Virus record (IMG/VR): IMGVR_UViG_3300037247_000500
Location: 1-51,134 of that record
Direction: 5' to 3' (one strand)
Length of the DNA stretch: 51,134 bases
From: a virus
Lineage: Duplodnaviria; Caudoviricetes
The position numbers were made by a program, and so were the translations under genes. The notes beneath the pieces are model-generated. The model had not been told where the DNA came from and made no database searches. It saw only the letters and a program-made list of their open reading frames with translations. Each line of letters starts with the position of its first letter. Position 1 is the first letter of the stretch. Shown here piece after piece: positions 35,499 through 45,052 of the stretch.

Positions 35499-36506
35499 TT
35501 ACATCGCCGCCGGATAACTACGTTGACCAGTTGGTTCCGCTATTAGCCACCTATCAAAATCAGTACCCACCCCTATCCTAATATGGCGGTTTGATGTTCT
35601 CCTTTGTCTTGCTTTTTGGGATTCGGTCATTGTTGAATAATTCTTAAACTGTCGTTTTGCTATTTGTGCTTTCACTCCTGTCTGATCACCAGTCGTTTCC
35701 CAAGGTACGCCAGCCTGACCTGTTTCTTCCCAACCTCCGGTAGCACCTGTTCCACCAAATTGTCCACCACCACCGCCGGCAAATTCACCAGTCTGACCCG
35801 CAGTAACTCCGGCCATTGTTCCAGCACCGCCGCCAGCACTACCACCAGTTAATGCCCCCCAATCAAGTTCTCCTTGTAATGCCCCAGCACTAATAGGAGA
35901 TGAACTACCGCCGCCACCGCCGCCATATCCACCCCAAGGCGAACCTGGCGTAGAGATTCCACCACTACCACCACTACCACCACTACCACCACTACCACCA
36001 CTACCACCACTCCATTGTGGTTGCCCAGCATCTGTATCACCCATAGGTCTACCAAACACATCAAGACCTTGTTCTGCAAATGATGGTGTTCTATCTGCCA
36101 ATGCTTGTTGTTGCATCCCCGCACCAAACCCGCCAGTTGCAAGATAAGCTAAATTAGCAGGTGTAGCCTCATCTTCTTGCCATCCGGCCATATAACTTGC
36201 TATATTAGTCATTGCCCCGGCCTTACCTGCTCGCCTAACATCCTCAAATCCGGCTTTCATACCAGCAGACACTCCCTGTGGTCGTGTAGTTCCACCAAGA
36301 CCTCGTGCGGCTAAGGCAGATTTAGCACCAGTTAGAGCCAGCCTTTCTTGTCCGGCCATATAACCAGGGCCATACATTCCTGCTACTTTTTGAAGTTCAC
36401 TCAAACCACCTTTGAGCATCCCTAGTTTTCTTTCTTTTGCTCCACGCCATCCTTGAAAAAGTGTTTCAAGTAAACGTGCCATTGTTTGTGCATCAACTAC
36501 AGCCAT
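35499..36506 (-). CDS. Gly-rich internal virion (ejection/pilot) protein
   Basis: ALAARGLGGTT motif, Gly-rich, follows the nozzle gene. Confidence 0.65.
   Translation of the reverse strand: MAVVDAQTMARLLETLFQGWRGAKERKLGMLKGGLSELQKVAGMYGPGYMAGQERLALTGAKSALAARGLGGTTRPQGVSAGMKAGFEDVRRAGKAGAMTNIASYMAGWQEDEATPANLAYLATGGFGAGMQQQALADRTPSFAEQGLDVFGRPMGDTDAGQPQWSGGSGGSGGSGGSGGSGGISTPGSPWGGYGGGGGGSSSPISAGALQGELDWGALTGGSAGGGAGTMAGVTAGQTGEFAGGGGGQFGGTGATGGWEETGQAGVPWETTGDQTGVKAQIAKRQFKNYSTMTESQKARQRRTSNRHIRIGVGTDFDRWLIAEPTGQRSYPAAM
35959..36011. repeat. 9-bp tandem repeat (CCACCACTA)n encoding (GGS)n
   Basis: Five full units plus one nearly full unit. Confidence 0.9.
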
Positions 36507-39040
36507 TATTTCACCCTTCCTTTTTGACTAGCACCAAGTATAAGCCTTTCAAGACCCCACGTTTCTTCTACCGTACTGTTTCCTATACGAATACCCGCAA
36601 ATGCCCCTCGTACTGATTGTCGTTTTTGGCTTCCCCTTCGTCTACCAGGAGCAGTTATTGTCCCCGCAATTTGTGGGCTTGCATTAGCAGCTAATTTTTC
36701 TACTATTTCATCTGCTGACAAACCAGTCCACAATCTATAATAGAGATCATTTGAGTCTGTCACAGTTCCACTCGCTTCACCGCCAGTAGTGATTCCAATA
36801 ATTGAATCTATTTTTCCTTCTCTGTTCTCACCACCTAATTTAAGTGGTCCAAATGTAACATAACTATCTATAGCTTGGTTTGTATCATCGGCTTTAATAT
36901 CGCTTTTAGAACTAGGATCAGAAAAACGGATGTAACCATCGTTGCAACCAAACAGAAGTTTATTATAAGTAGGATCAACAGCTTCATAATGAAACATCGA
37001 AAATATTCCGCATCCAGTATCAGCATAAGATTCTGGAGATAACCCTTCTGTTTTTAAATCATACCACCAACCTGAATTTGCACCGGAAGATATAGTAGTT
37101 TTAGCAATTTTAATTCCATGTCCAGTACGATCGTATCCCATTACTATTCGATGAGTCGAAGCATTATAAGCCAAATCCTTAATAAAATTGGGATAAGATA
37201 TTTCAGTTAAGTTTTCTGGTATACCAAATCCATTTGGGATTCGGAGCAAACCAGTAGTAGCTAAAATATAAAGGTTGCCTTTATTATCCCAACAAAAAGC
37301 ACGCACTCCAAGAATTCCTGCATTATTATCTAAATCAAGCATTGATCCACCTTCTGCCGGATTTCCAACAATGTACTGCAATGAATTCGCACAGGCAAGT
37401 ATAAGATAATCATTACTATAAGGAATAGCCGTAACTACAATGTCACCCGCTTGCCCCGCTTCAGCATCTTCACCAGCTACAGGTGACTGAGTATCATCGG
37501 CAGTAGTAACATAATTCCAATCCCAGGGGTTATTAACTCGCGGTAAATACCACTGATGGGGATAATCTGGATCAACAGTTAAACCTACTCGCCCTTGATA
37601 CCGAAATACTTTATTTGCCTGTGCTGGCATTACTCCATAAGTCGAACTATTACCATATACAGTCCAATCATACCAATGGGGCGGTTCTACTCCAACAACA
37701 GCAGTCATGGTAAACGATATAGCATTACCATCGTCATCTGTTCCAGTGACGGTTTCGCTAGCTTCAAAAGTAGCATCAGTAATGCGTTTTCCATAAATCG
37801 TACACGCACTACTAAGTGCCGTAATATAATCTACTACCATTTCTGCACCAGATGTCCCACCTGTCAAAACATTTGCATTATCAGGTGGGTTAGCACCTAA
37901 GTTAGCTGTAGCAATTTTCGTATTCCCAAAATCGGCTACTTTAAGATTTGTTTCATTAGCGATAAATACTTTTTCAAATGCTTCTACTATTGTAAGCGGA
38001 GCCGCGGTATTAACATCTCCGTTAGCTGCTGTTAATTCTGCTAACGTACCTGAAGATGATTCACGCCACACTTCATTATTTGATATTGAAATTAATTCTT
38101 TTGAAAACGTTTTTTCGCTTAATGTAACGGATGACCATGCTATTTGAATTAAAGCCCCGCCACTATTAAATAAATTTGTAAGTGTATATGCTGTTGTATC
38201 AACTGACCGCACATTATACGAACTTACAACATCCCCGCATATGTATACAGCATCCGAATTTGTTATAACAATATCTTCTATATCACCACTAGCAGTAGTA
38301 ACTCCTCCCTGCCGTGTGCCGCTATCATTAAGTTCTACAAATCTTTCTGCTGATGAACCCGAACCATTATACCGTACTGCAAAAATTTTATCATTGGAAT
38401 CAATATCTAAACGAGATTTAAGCCCGGCCCCCCCGAAAACATAAGACCATTCCCCACTATCACCACCTGTTCCATCAGCTTTATAACGATAAATGTCATT
38501 ATCAATACTAGCAATTATATCACCGCCACTAAGTATTCTAATACTACTACATGAGGTTGATGTTTGGGGATCTTTAGTCCACTGTTGAACTAAACTTGAA
38601 TTATATTTATATACATTTAATGGCGTACCACCGGAACCAATATAAATGTTGCCAGAAGAATCAACTCGAATAGCCTGATAAGCCCCACTTGTTGTAACGA
38701 TATTTTCAATAGAAGTGAAATTTTTAGATGTACGAATTGCTGAATCTGCAAGGGCAATATATAAATAATTTGAATCTCCATCTATATCCCATATATTCGC
38801 TTTAGAATTAATATATGCACCAGTTACATATTTACCATTACTTGTAAGTTTCCAACAATTTCGTGTTCCGTTTCCATCACTATTATCTGCTGCTGTTCCA
38901 CCAATATAAACTGTACCATTTGTTTCTGCATGAACTGTGTTTGTATTACCACCAGTATCATAATCCCACATCAAAGCACCGGAATCAGAATACGCCCAAA
39001 CAGATTTACTACTCGTTCTAGCACCAACTACAATAAGCAT
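36506..39040 (-). CDS. Tail nozzle / DNA-stabilisation protein (beta-propeller)
   Basis: 844 aa with propeller repeats; PHQWYLPRVNNPWDW; C-terminal IRIGN...WGLERL. Lies after the adaptor gene. Confidence 0.75.
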   Translation of the reverse strand: MLIVVGARTSSKSVWAYSDSGALMWDYDTGGNTNTVHAETNGTVYIGGTAADNSDGNGTRNCWKLTSNGKYVTGAYINSKANIWDIDGDSNYLYIALADSAIRTSKNFTSIENIVTTSGAYQAIRVDSSGNIYIGSGGTPLNVYKYNSSLVQQWTKDPQTSTSCSSIRILSGGDIIASIDNDIYRYKADGTGGDSGEWSYVFGGAGLKSRLDIDSNDKIFAVRYNGSGSSAERFVELNDSGTRQGGVTTASGDIEDIVITNSDAVYICGDVVSSYNVRSVDTTAYTLTNLFNSGGALIQIAWSSVTLSEKTFSKELISISNNEVWRESSSGTLAELTAANGDVNTAAPLTIVEAFEKVFIANETNLKVADFGNTKIATANLGANPPDNANVLTGGTSGAEMVVDYITALSSACTIYGKRITDATFEASETVTGTDDDGNAISFTMTAVVGVEPPHWYDWTVYGNSSTYGVMPAQANKVFRYQGRVGLTVDPDYPHQWYLPRVNNPWDWNYVTTADDTQSPVAGEDAEAGQAGDIVVTAIPYSNDYLILACANSLQYIVGNPAEGGSMLDLDNNAGILGVRAFCWDNKGNLYILATTGLLRIPNGFGIPENLTEISYPNFIKDLAYNASTHRIVMGYDRTGHGIKIAKTTISSGANSGWWYDLKTEGLSPESYADTGCGIFSMFHYEAVDPTYNKLLFGCNDGYIRFSDPSSKSDIKADDTNQAIDSYVTFGPLKLGGENREGKIDSIIGITTGGEASGTVTDSNDLYYRLWTGLSADEIVEKLAANASPQIAGTITAPGRRRGSQKRQSVRGAFAGIRIGNSTVEETWGLERLILGASQKGRVK

Positions 39041-39259
39041 TTAATCCACCACTGTTACGCTGCACATGGCAACTACAGCCTTAGAATCACCGCCAACCTG
39101 TTGACTATATCGTTTATTTGCTCCATCACGCTGACCACCACAAGACCTACCATCAAAGTAAGGACGCACATTATTAAGATCCCTAGATGTCTGAGGCGGT
39201 TGTTTGCTTGCTGGTGAACCTACGTGTTTACCTTTTGTTGGAAATGTTAATTCGGGCAT
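39041..39259 (-). CDS. Detached N-terminal segment of the nozzle protein
   Basis: FPTKG...QPPQTSRDLNNVRP...GGQRDG resembles nozzle N-termini. Joined in frame by TAA-ATG. Confidence 0.6.
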   Translation of the reverse strand: MPELTFPTKGKHVGSPASKQPPQTSRDLNNVRPYFDGRSCGGQRDGANKRYSQQVGGDSKAVVAMCSVTVVD

Positions 39260-39486
39260 TATTTCTTTCCTCGTAGTTTTCTTATTTCTGCATTTGTTAA
39301 ACCAGCAGTTTTAAGACCCTTTGCTATACTCTTAGTTCTCACAGTATCTTTTACTTTTGTTTTTGCTTTCTCTTTAGCAAAGTATTTTTGCACATCTTTC
39401 ATCAAACGTGTAACCCAATCAGCAGATGGAGCAACTACACCAGAAACTTTCTTTATCACTTTTTTATGATACCTATGATCTGCCAT
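39259..39486 (-). CDS. Small basic hypothetical protein
   Basis: GGGAG SD before MADHRY; Lys-rich. Confidence 0.65.
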   Translation of the reverse strand: MADHRYHKKVIKKVSGVVAPSADWVTRLMKDVQKYFAKEKAKTKVKDTVRTKSIAKGLKTAGLTNAEIRKLRGKK

Positions 39487-39502
39487 AATATCTCCCAAGA
39501 TG

Positions 39503-39526
39503 AGGCGGGGATACCTACTTCCCCGC
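39503..39526 (-). other. GC-rich hairpin after the paralog cluster
   Basis: GGCGGGGA-TACCTACT-TCCCCGCC; no U tract. Confidence 0.55.
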
Positions 39527-39555
39527 CCCTACACACGCCCACTATAAGGTATATA

Positions 39556-40842
39556 TTAACGAAGTTGTGCTACCCGTATCCAGTCGATCTTCAAATTATT
39601 ACTACTACCATTCTGTTCATTCCCCAGGAAAACCGACAGTGCCATCTCTATTCCATCAGCAATGTTTGCAGCTGTCGTACCAGTCTCGATCAATTTTCCA
39701 TCCTGGTAAAATTCAATCTGTGTAATACCAGTTACTTTGAAACCAAGATTAGTAGCTGAAGTTCCAACAGTTACATTATCTTCAGTAGTATCATTAGCAC
39801 CGGCCTTTTCCGTGATTGTACCACCTAGACCACTTCCAGAATTCTGATCAGTGAAAAAACCAATAAGACTAGGACTAGTTTCATCCATCACACCACTTGC
39901 AATCAAAGTCGTATCTGTACTTGACATGCCAATAAAAACATGATTATCTATCTCATTAACTTGTATCCTGGCTTCAAACCAAATCGTTTTACCAGCAGCA
40001 GGTTTTACACAACAGTTTAAAAGTTGTGCGTTGATAGACTGATCTTTTGTACCATCAAGTTCTGTAAACTGTATTTCACCACCAGCACCTATTACTGGCC
40101 CCATCTCGGCATCAGCTGCACTTGCTAGAAGTGTAGTTGTCCAACCAGCGGCATCTGCGGTTGCATCAGCACCAACCGTGACACCTGGTCCCATGAAATC
40201 ATCGAAGTAATAGAAACCAAATCCGGGGTCAATTATCATTTTCATTATTGGACAATCTTTCCAAAGCTGTGCACTTGGACCAACCTGATGATCTACAGCA
40301 GTAAACTTGGCATAGTCTGTAGTAATCACTTCCTTAAATTTACAACCCTGAGCTTGATCACCCACATTCGTATATAAACTATGTGGTGTCGATACTCTAA
40401 GAACCTTAAATGTAGAAGTCGCTGTTGGAAAAATAGTATTCGCAACAGCAACACTACTATAAGTTGTCCAGTCAGCTACCGTAACAACACCAGTTGACTG
40501 AACATAATCAGTGATTATTCCCATAATTTGCTTACTGGGAACAATAACAAGCAAACCAATAAGTTCATTGTCAGTATCAAAAGTAGCCGTAAGCGAACTA
40601 TCAGTTAGGGTAGTAGCAGTACCAACAGCACTACAGGTTCCTGAAAACAATACATCAGCATCGGTTTTATGAAACGTACAGCCCACCGCATAACCACTTG
40701 CAGCATCACTGGGTACGGTTGTACCATAGCAATCCATTATTCCATCCACTGTTTTGTGGATAACTATCGGCGTGGCTACACCAACTCTACCCGGAATCAT
40801 TTCGGATAACGTCCACGCTATATTGTGTCTATCAGCACTCAT
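39556..40842 (-). CDS. Virion decoration protein, paralog D (anchor[insert] + ConA-like domain)
   Basis: GPSAQLWKDCP...FDDF...WFEAR...DWIRVAQLR. Confidence 0.72.
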   Translation of the reverse strand: MSADRHNIAWTLSEMIPGRVGVATPIVIHKTVDGIMDCYGTTVPSDAASGYAVGCTFHKTDADVLFSGTCSAVGTATTLTDSSLTATFDTDNELIGLLVIVPSKQIMGIITDYVQSTGVVTVADWTTYSSVAVANTIFPTATSTFKVLRVSTPHSLYTNVGDQAQGCKFKEVITTDYAKFTAVDHQVGPSAQLWKDCPIMKMIIDPGFGFYYFDDFMGPGVTVGADATADAAGWTTTLLASAADAEMGPVIGAGGEIQFTELDGTKDQSINAQLLNCCVKPAAGKTIWFEARIQVNEIDNHVFIGMSSTDTTLIASGVMDETSPSLIGFFTDQNSGSGLGGTITEKAGANDTTEDNVTVGTSATNLGFKVTGITQIEFYQDGKLIETGTTAANIADGIEMALSVFLGNEQNGSSNNLKIDWIRVAQLR

Positions 40843-40847
40843 ATTAA

Positions 40848-40900
40848 TCTCCTTTTGTCAAAAACATGCACCAGGTAAGAGTTACCTCTTTAAGTGCTTT
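40848..40900 (-). promoter_or_regulatory. Conserved intergenic hairpin + U tract + RBS, copy A
   Basis: 50/53 nt identical to 42202-42254. Confidence 0.8.
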
Positions 40901-40909
40901 TAATTAGTA

Positions 40910-42196
40910 TTAACGAAGTTGTGCTATTCGCACCCAATCAACTTTTAACGTATTAATATTAGATCCATCTTCATTTTGGCAAACAAGCGACAACGCCATC
41001 TCTATTCCATCAGCGATGTTTGCAGCTGTCGTACCAGTTTCAATTACTTTACCGTCAACATAAAATTCAACCTGTGTAATACCAGTCACTTTAAAGCCTA
41101 CATTATACCATGTAGTCGCTAACAAATCAAAATTATCTTCAGTGACATCAGATGTACCATTCTTCTGTGTAACTGTTCCACCTTTGAGTGTGGTAGAATT
41201 TACATCACTGAAGAATCCTATAGAACTTGCATCCGAACCAGCTTCATCCAATGCACCAGATGCAATAATGGCCGTAGCTGTTTCGGCTATACCAACAAAA
41301 ACCTGATTATCAACATGACTAATTTGTACCCTAGCTTCAAACCAAATTGTTTTGCCAGCGGTGGGCTTTACGCAACAGTTTAAAAGTTGACAGTTCATAC
41401 CCTGATCTGGAGTAGCAGCAGCAGCAATATGAAGTTCACCACCATGACCAAGAATGGTTCCAAAAGTACCGGCTGTTGATCTAGTAATAGTCCAACCTTG
41501 AACAGTATTATTTGCAGTGCTACCAGGAGCACCAGCCAAACCTGTAAAATCATCAAAGTGAAAGTAACCCATTCCAGGATCAACCACTATTTCCATCAAT
41601 GGGCAATCTTTCCAGAGTTGAGCACTGGGACCAACCTGATGATCTACAGCAGTAAATTTAGTAGCATCTGTACTAATCAAAGAATCAAATTTACTACCTT
41701 GAACTTGATCGCCTCTATTTACATGCAAACCTGTTGACGTTGATATTTTGATAATTCTATATGTTTCACCTTTTGCTGGAACAATAGTGTTTGTAACAGC
41801 AGTTCCACTATAATCTGTCCAATCAACAACTGTAATGACACCTGTAGTGGCGTTGTAATCACTAATCACGCCCATTATTTTCTTGTTTATATCAATAACT
41901 AACAGGCTATTCAATTCATTATCAGTGTCAAAGGTGCTAGCAACCACTATATCAGTTAAAGTAGTAGCAGTACCACTTTGTACTACCCCCTCAAACAGCG
42001 TGTCACCATCAGTCTGTGTAAACAAACCACCTACTGCATAAGCAGGATCAGTCGTACTATCAGCAGGTACAGTTATACCATAACATTCTATTTGTCCATC
42101 TTCCGATTTGTGTTTTGTCCGGGGTGCAGTTACACCAACTTTACCGGGAAACATTTCTGCTAATGTTCCCGCTATATTACCTCTATCAGCCCTCAT
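40910..42196 (-). CDS. Virion decoration protein, paralog C (anchor[insert] + ConA-like domain)
   Basis: Same length (428 aa) and motifs as paralog D. Confidence 0.72.
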   Translation of the reverse strand: MRADRGNIAGTLAEMFPGKVGVTAPRTKHKSEDGQIECYGITVPADSTTDPAYAVGGLFTQTDGDTLFEGVVQSGTATTLTDIVVASTFDTDNELNSLLVIDINKKIMGVISDYNATTGVITVVDWTDYSGTAVTNTIVPAKGETYRIIKISTSTGLHVNRGDQVQGSKFDSLISTDATKFTAVDHQVGPSAQLWKDCPLMEIVVDPGMGYFHFDDFTGLAGAPGSTANNTVQGWTITRSTAGTFGTILGHGGELHIAAAATPDQGMNCQLLNCCVKPTAGKTIWFEARVQISHVDNQVFVGIAETATAIIASGALDEAGSDASSIGFFSDVNSTTLKGGTVTQKNGTSDVTEDNFDLLATTWYNVGFKVTGITQVEFYVDGKVIETGTTAANIADGIEMALSLVCQNEDGSNINTLKVDWVRIAQLR

Positions 42197-42201
42197 TATT
42201 T

Positions 42202-42254
42202 TCTCCTTTTGTCAAAAACATGCACCAGGTAAGAGCTACCTTTTTGAGTGCTTT
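42202..42254 (-). promoter_or_regulatory. Conserved intergenic hairpin + U tract + RBS, copy B
   Basis: GCACU/GGUGC and AGGUAR/UUACCU stems, followed by UGUUUUUG and AAGGAG. Confidence 0.8.
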
Positions 42255-42262
42255 AGTTAATT

Positions 42263-43291
42263 TTAATATTCTACAGCTAATCTCCACCAATCTATTGAAC
42301 CTATATGATCCGAATTTCCAACATCACCATTTTTGGTAAAGAGATAAATAGCCATTTCCTCGCCTAATGGCATATCAGCAGCCGCATACAATATAGTATC
42401 GGTTGTTGGAACACCATCTACATACGGAGTAACAGTTGTACCATCACCATAAAGACCAAGTTTGTTAAATGCACCCGAAGTTGGTACAGCAATACCGACA
42501 GCCTTTTCGACTACTTCACCAGTACCATCACCATGAATAAGGTCAATGGCATTACCATCATCAAGTTTCTGTAAAAAGCCAAGGACATCTTTACCAGTAA
42601 CAAACTCACCAGTATCTACATCAAGTGAATCAGCCGCACAAAGCCCTTCCTCTGCAAGACCGACGAAAAATGCAAGTTCATTATCAGCTACAGTGTCTCT
42701 TGACACACGAGCTTCAAACCAAAACTTTTTATTCGCTGTTAGCTTCATCACGCCGCCATTATGACCATACGCCATCGCAGAATCATCATTATCAGTGTCA
42801 CTATCTATAACTTGAAGCACACCGCGATGATCAGTAATAAGACCTCTATGAAGTACACCAGTATCACCAAAAAAGGCCAAACCACTATTATAATTTACAG
42901 CACCCGCTGCACCAAAGACGTCACCCTTAAAGTCCTCAAAATAATGTGAACCTAATTCCGGGTTTGCTACGTAATCCAGCACAGGGCAATTAGCCCATAT
43001 TGCAGGACTCGGACCACGACCACTTGTAGTTCCATACTGATCAGGTAGATACCTTATAGTATCAAAATTACAAGAAATTGCTGTACCCCCATTAATGAAA
43101 AGTACATCATTTCTACCAGAACCATCTATATGAACAAACCTACAGCCAGGTACAAATCCACCCGTACCATCAACTGGCACTTCCTTACCATAAGCCTCAA
43201 GTATTCCATCACTTGATTTTCTTAATATTTGCGGCGAAACCGTAGCCGCAGGAAACAATAAATTTTGTACTGTTTGCCATGTAAGAGACAT
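42263..43291 (-). CDS. Virion decoration protein, paralog B (anchor + ConA-like domain)
   Basis: GPSPAIWANCP...FEDF...WFEAR...DWWRLAVEY. Confidence 0.72.
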   Translation of the reverse strand: MSLTWQTVQNLLFPAATVSPQILRKSSDGILEAYGKEVPVDGTGGFVPGCRFVHIDGSGRNDVLFINGGTAISCNFDTIRYLPDQYGTTSGRGPSPAIWANCPVLDYVANPELGSHYFEDFKGDVFGAAGAVNYNSGLAFFGDTGVLHRGLITDHRGVLQVIDSDTDNDDSAMAYGHNGGVMKLTANKKFWFEARVSRDTVADNELAFFVGLAEEGLCAADSLDVDTGEFVTGKDVLGFLQKLDDGNAIDLIHGDGTGEVVEKAVGIAVPTSGAFNKLGLYGDGTTVTPYVDGVPTTDTILYAAADMPLGEEMAIYLFTKNGDVGNSDHIGSIDWWRLAVEY

Positions 43292-43357
43292 AATTTACCC
43301 CTTTCCGGTTCAAGGACATTCCGGGAAGAACGTCCCACCAATTCTTACATTTCTAGT

Positions 43358-44653
43358 TTAAGCTTCTTGGACCGTCCCACTAATATCAGAATATGGGGGA
43401 TTAATCCAACTACGTCCACTTCGCCTCAAACCGCCACGTCCCATTTTACCGAGTGTTCTCGGTGCTGAACGTTTATCAGCAGCATGAGCAAGTGGTAAGT
43501 CTACTTTATAAAATTTCTCCACATAACCAGCTTGTACATCATCAAACTCCATTTCAGTCTGTGCTTTACATGCTGAAAGAACCACATCATCAAAGAGCAA
43601 TCCCGCCGGATGTTTATTATAAGCAGGTTCAACATAATATGCAGTAGTAGCACCTGGATCAGTGCCAGCAGCAGCACCACTTCGTTCAAGCCAGTCTGCC
43701 ACATCAAATTTTCCACTAGACCCGGTATAGTCCGTCACTGGAGCATAACTAAATGCACCTGTTCCGTCTATTAATCTAATTGTCCACCCATTAAAATAAT
43801 CATCAGGATAAAGATTAGCTAAATCTGCATCAGTAATTGAAGTAGTATCACCTGCATTTCCAATCCCGCACTCCATTAACAATTCATCGAACCCTACTTC
43901 ATAAGGAAACAAAATCGTATCAGTTGCCGTTGGTGAAGGATCAAGAATTATCTCCCACCGTCTTTGATTCCGATACCGCCTAACAGCAGCAACCAACGGA
44001 TAACCCGTGTTTACAGTTATCTCGCGTCTGGCTCGGATTTCTGCTTCGTTTCTCCATTCAAGAAGGTGTCCTCTACTAGAACTTTTTGCAAAAGTAAGTT
44101 TGCCCATAATAGATCCAAAATCTTCAGAAAGCAAATACCGAGCTTTGTCACCTTCTACTGTTTGAACATCTGTAATAGCATAACTATCGCTTGCTGATGG
44201 AGTTGAAGTGCTAGACGCACCATCAAAGTCTAACCACCCTGCTACTGTTACTGTCCCACCCGAAGCAGTATAATCCGTTATTAGAGCGTAGATTCCAGCG
44301 GTAATATCATATACATAGTAACCATTTATATCATCATCAGTATCATATATGCTTTCAAGTGCATCATCTACCAACGTAGTAGAATTGCCACTATCAACTG
44401 TTCCAGTAGTTTCTACCGAGCCAAATGTCACTGACATTATACGCTTTTTCCATCTCCACCCATTCTCAGGAGCATTGGCAATAAACATTCTAACAGCACT
44501 ATTTACTACTCGTTTACATTTATCAAAATTATAAATGTCAACAGGAATTATGGCCCGTTGATCGCCACTAGCACCGTAGTATGCAACTCCGGCGAGTTCA
44601 GCAGTTCGCAAGATTAAATCATAAAAAGTTAATATTGAAGTTGGCTCTGCCAT
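43358..44653 (-). CDS. Head-tail adaptor (tail tubular protein A-like) with two inserted beta modules
   Basis: LTFYDLILRTAE...VNSAVRMF...W.W...YLLSEDF...GYP...P.P. Start MAEPTS. Confidence 0.72.
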   Translation of the reverse strand: MAEPTSILTFYDLILRTAELAGVAYYGASGDQRAIIPVDIYNFDKCKRVVNSAVRMFIANAPENGWRWKKRIMSVTFGSVETTGTVDSGNSTTLVDDALESIYDTDDDINGYYVYDITAGIYALITDYTASGGTVTVAGWLDFDGASSTSTPSASDSYAITDVQTVEGDKARYLLSEDFGSIMGKLTFAKSSSRGHLLEWRNEAEIRARREITVNTGYPLVAAVRRYRNQRRWEIILDPSPTATDTILFPYEVGFDELLMECGIGNAGDTTSITDADLANLYPDDYFNGWTIRLIDGTGAFSYAPVTDYTGSSGKFDVADWLERSGAAAGTDPGATTAYYVEPAYNKHPAGLLFDDVVLSACKAQTEMEFDDVQAGYVEKFYKVDLPLAHAADKRSAPRTLGKMGRGGLRRSGRSWINPPYSDISGTVQEA

Positions 44654-44654
44654 C

Positions 44655-44990
44655 TTACTTACCTTCCAATAAATCCCATGCTTGAACAATTACAAGTGGT
44701 CCATAGGCTATACCAATACATTCTTTAAGTAGTGCGAGTTCCTCAATAGAAAGTTCTGCTTCATCAAGCGGCCAAAGTTTCATAGCTAGTTTGCCTTTTT
44801 CATATTTCTGATCTGAGCCATCTGGTTGTTTAGGACTAGTCATTAAGGCATTAGCACAGATCTTACCAAGAGTTATTGGCGTTTCCTTAAATTTTGGTTG
44901 CCCTTTATCATCCACTTCTTTAGTTTTAACCCTCTCTACAAGCTCCTCCCCTTCCATATCAACTAAAACATGATCTAATCTTACCTTCAT
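44655..44990 (-). CDS. Conserved phage hypothetical protein
   Basis: ITLGKICANAL...KLAMKL...ELSIEELALLKECIG..YGPLV pattern. Confidence 0.75.
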   Translation of the reverse strand: MKVRLDHVLVDMEGEELVERVKTKEVDDKGQPKFKETPITLGKICANALMTSPKQPDGSDQKYEKGKLAMKLWPLDEAELSIEELALLKECIGIAYGPLVIVQAWDLLEGK

Positions 44991-45002
44991 AATGTTCCTT
45001 TC

Positions 45003-45044
45003 AAAAAGGCCATCCTAGGTAGTATATATACTACCTAGGATGGC
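45003..45044 (-). terminator. Intrinsic terminator built on a perfect 36-bp palindrome
   Basis: GCCATCCTAGGTAGTATA|TATACTACCTAGGATGGC (45009-45044), followed by CTTTTT on the - strand. Confidence 0.85.
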
Positions 45045-45052
45045 TATTACGA

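Noticed and set aside
39556-42196. Diversity-generating retroelement TR/VR pair
   Set aside because: No reverse transcriptase, both copies are full coding genes, and the differences are not adenine-specific.
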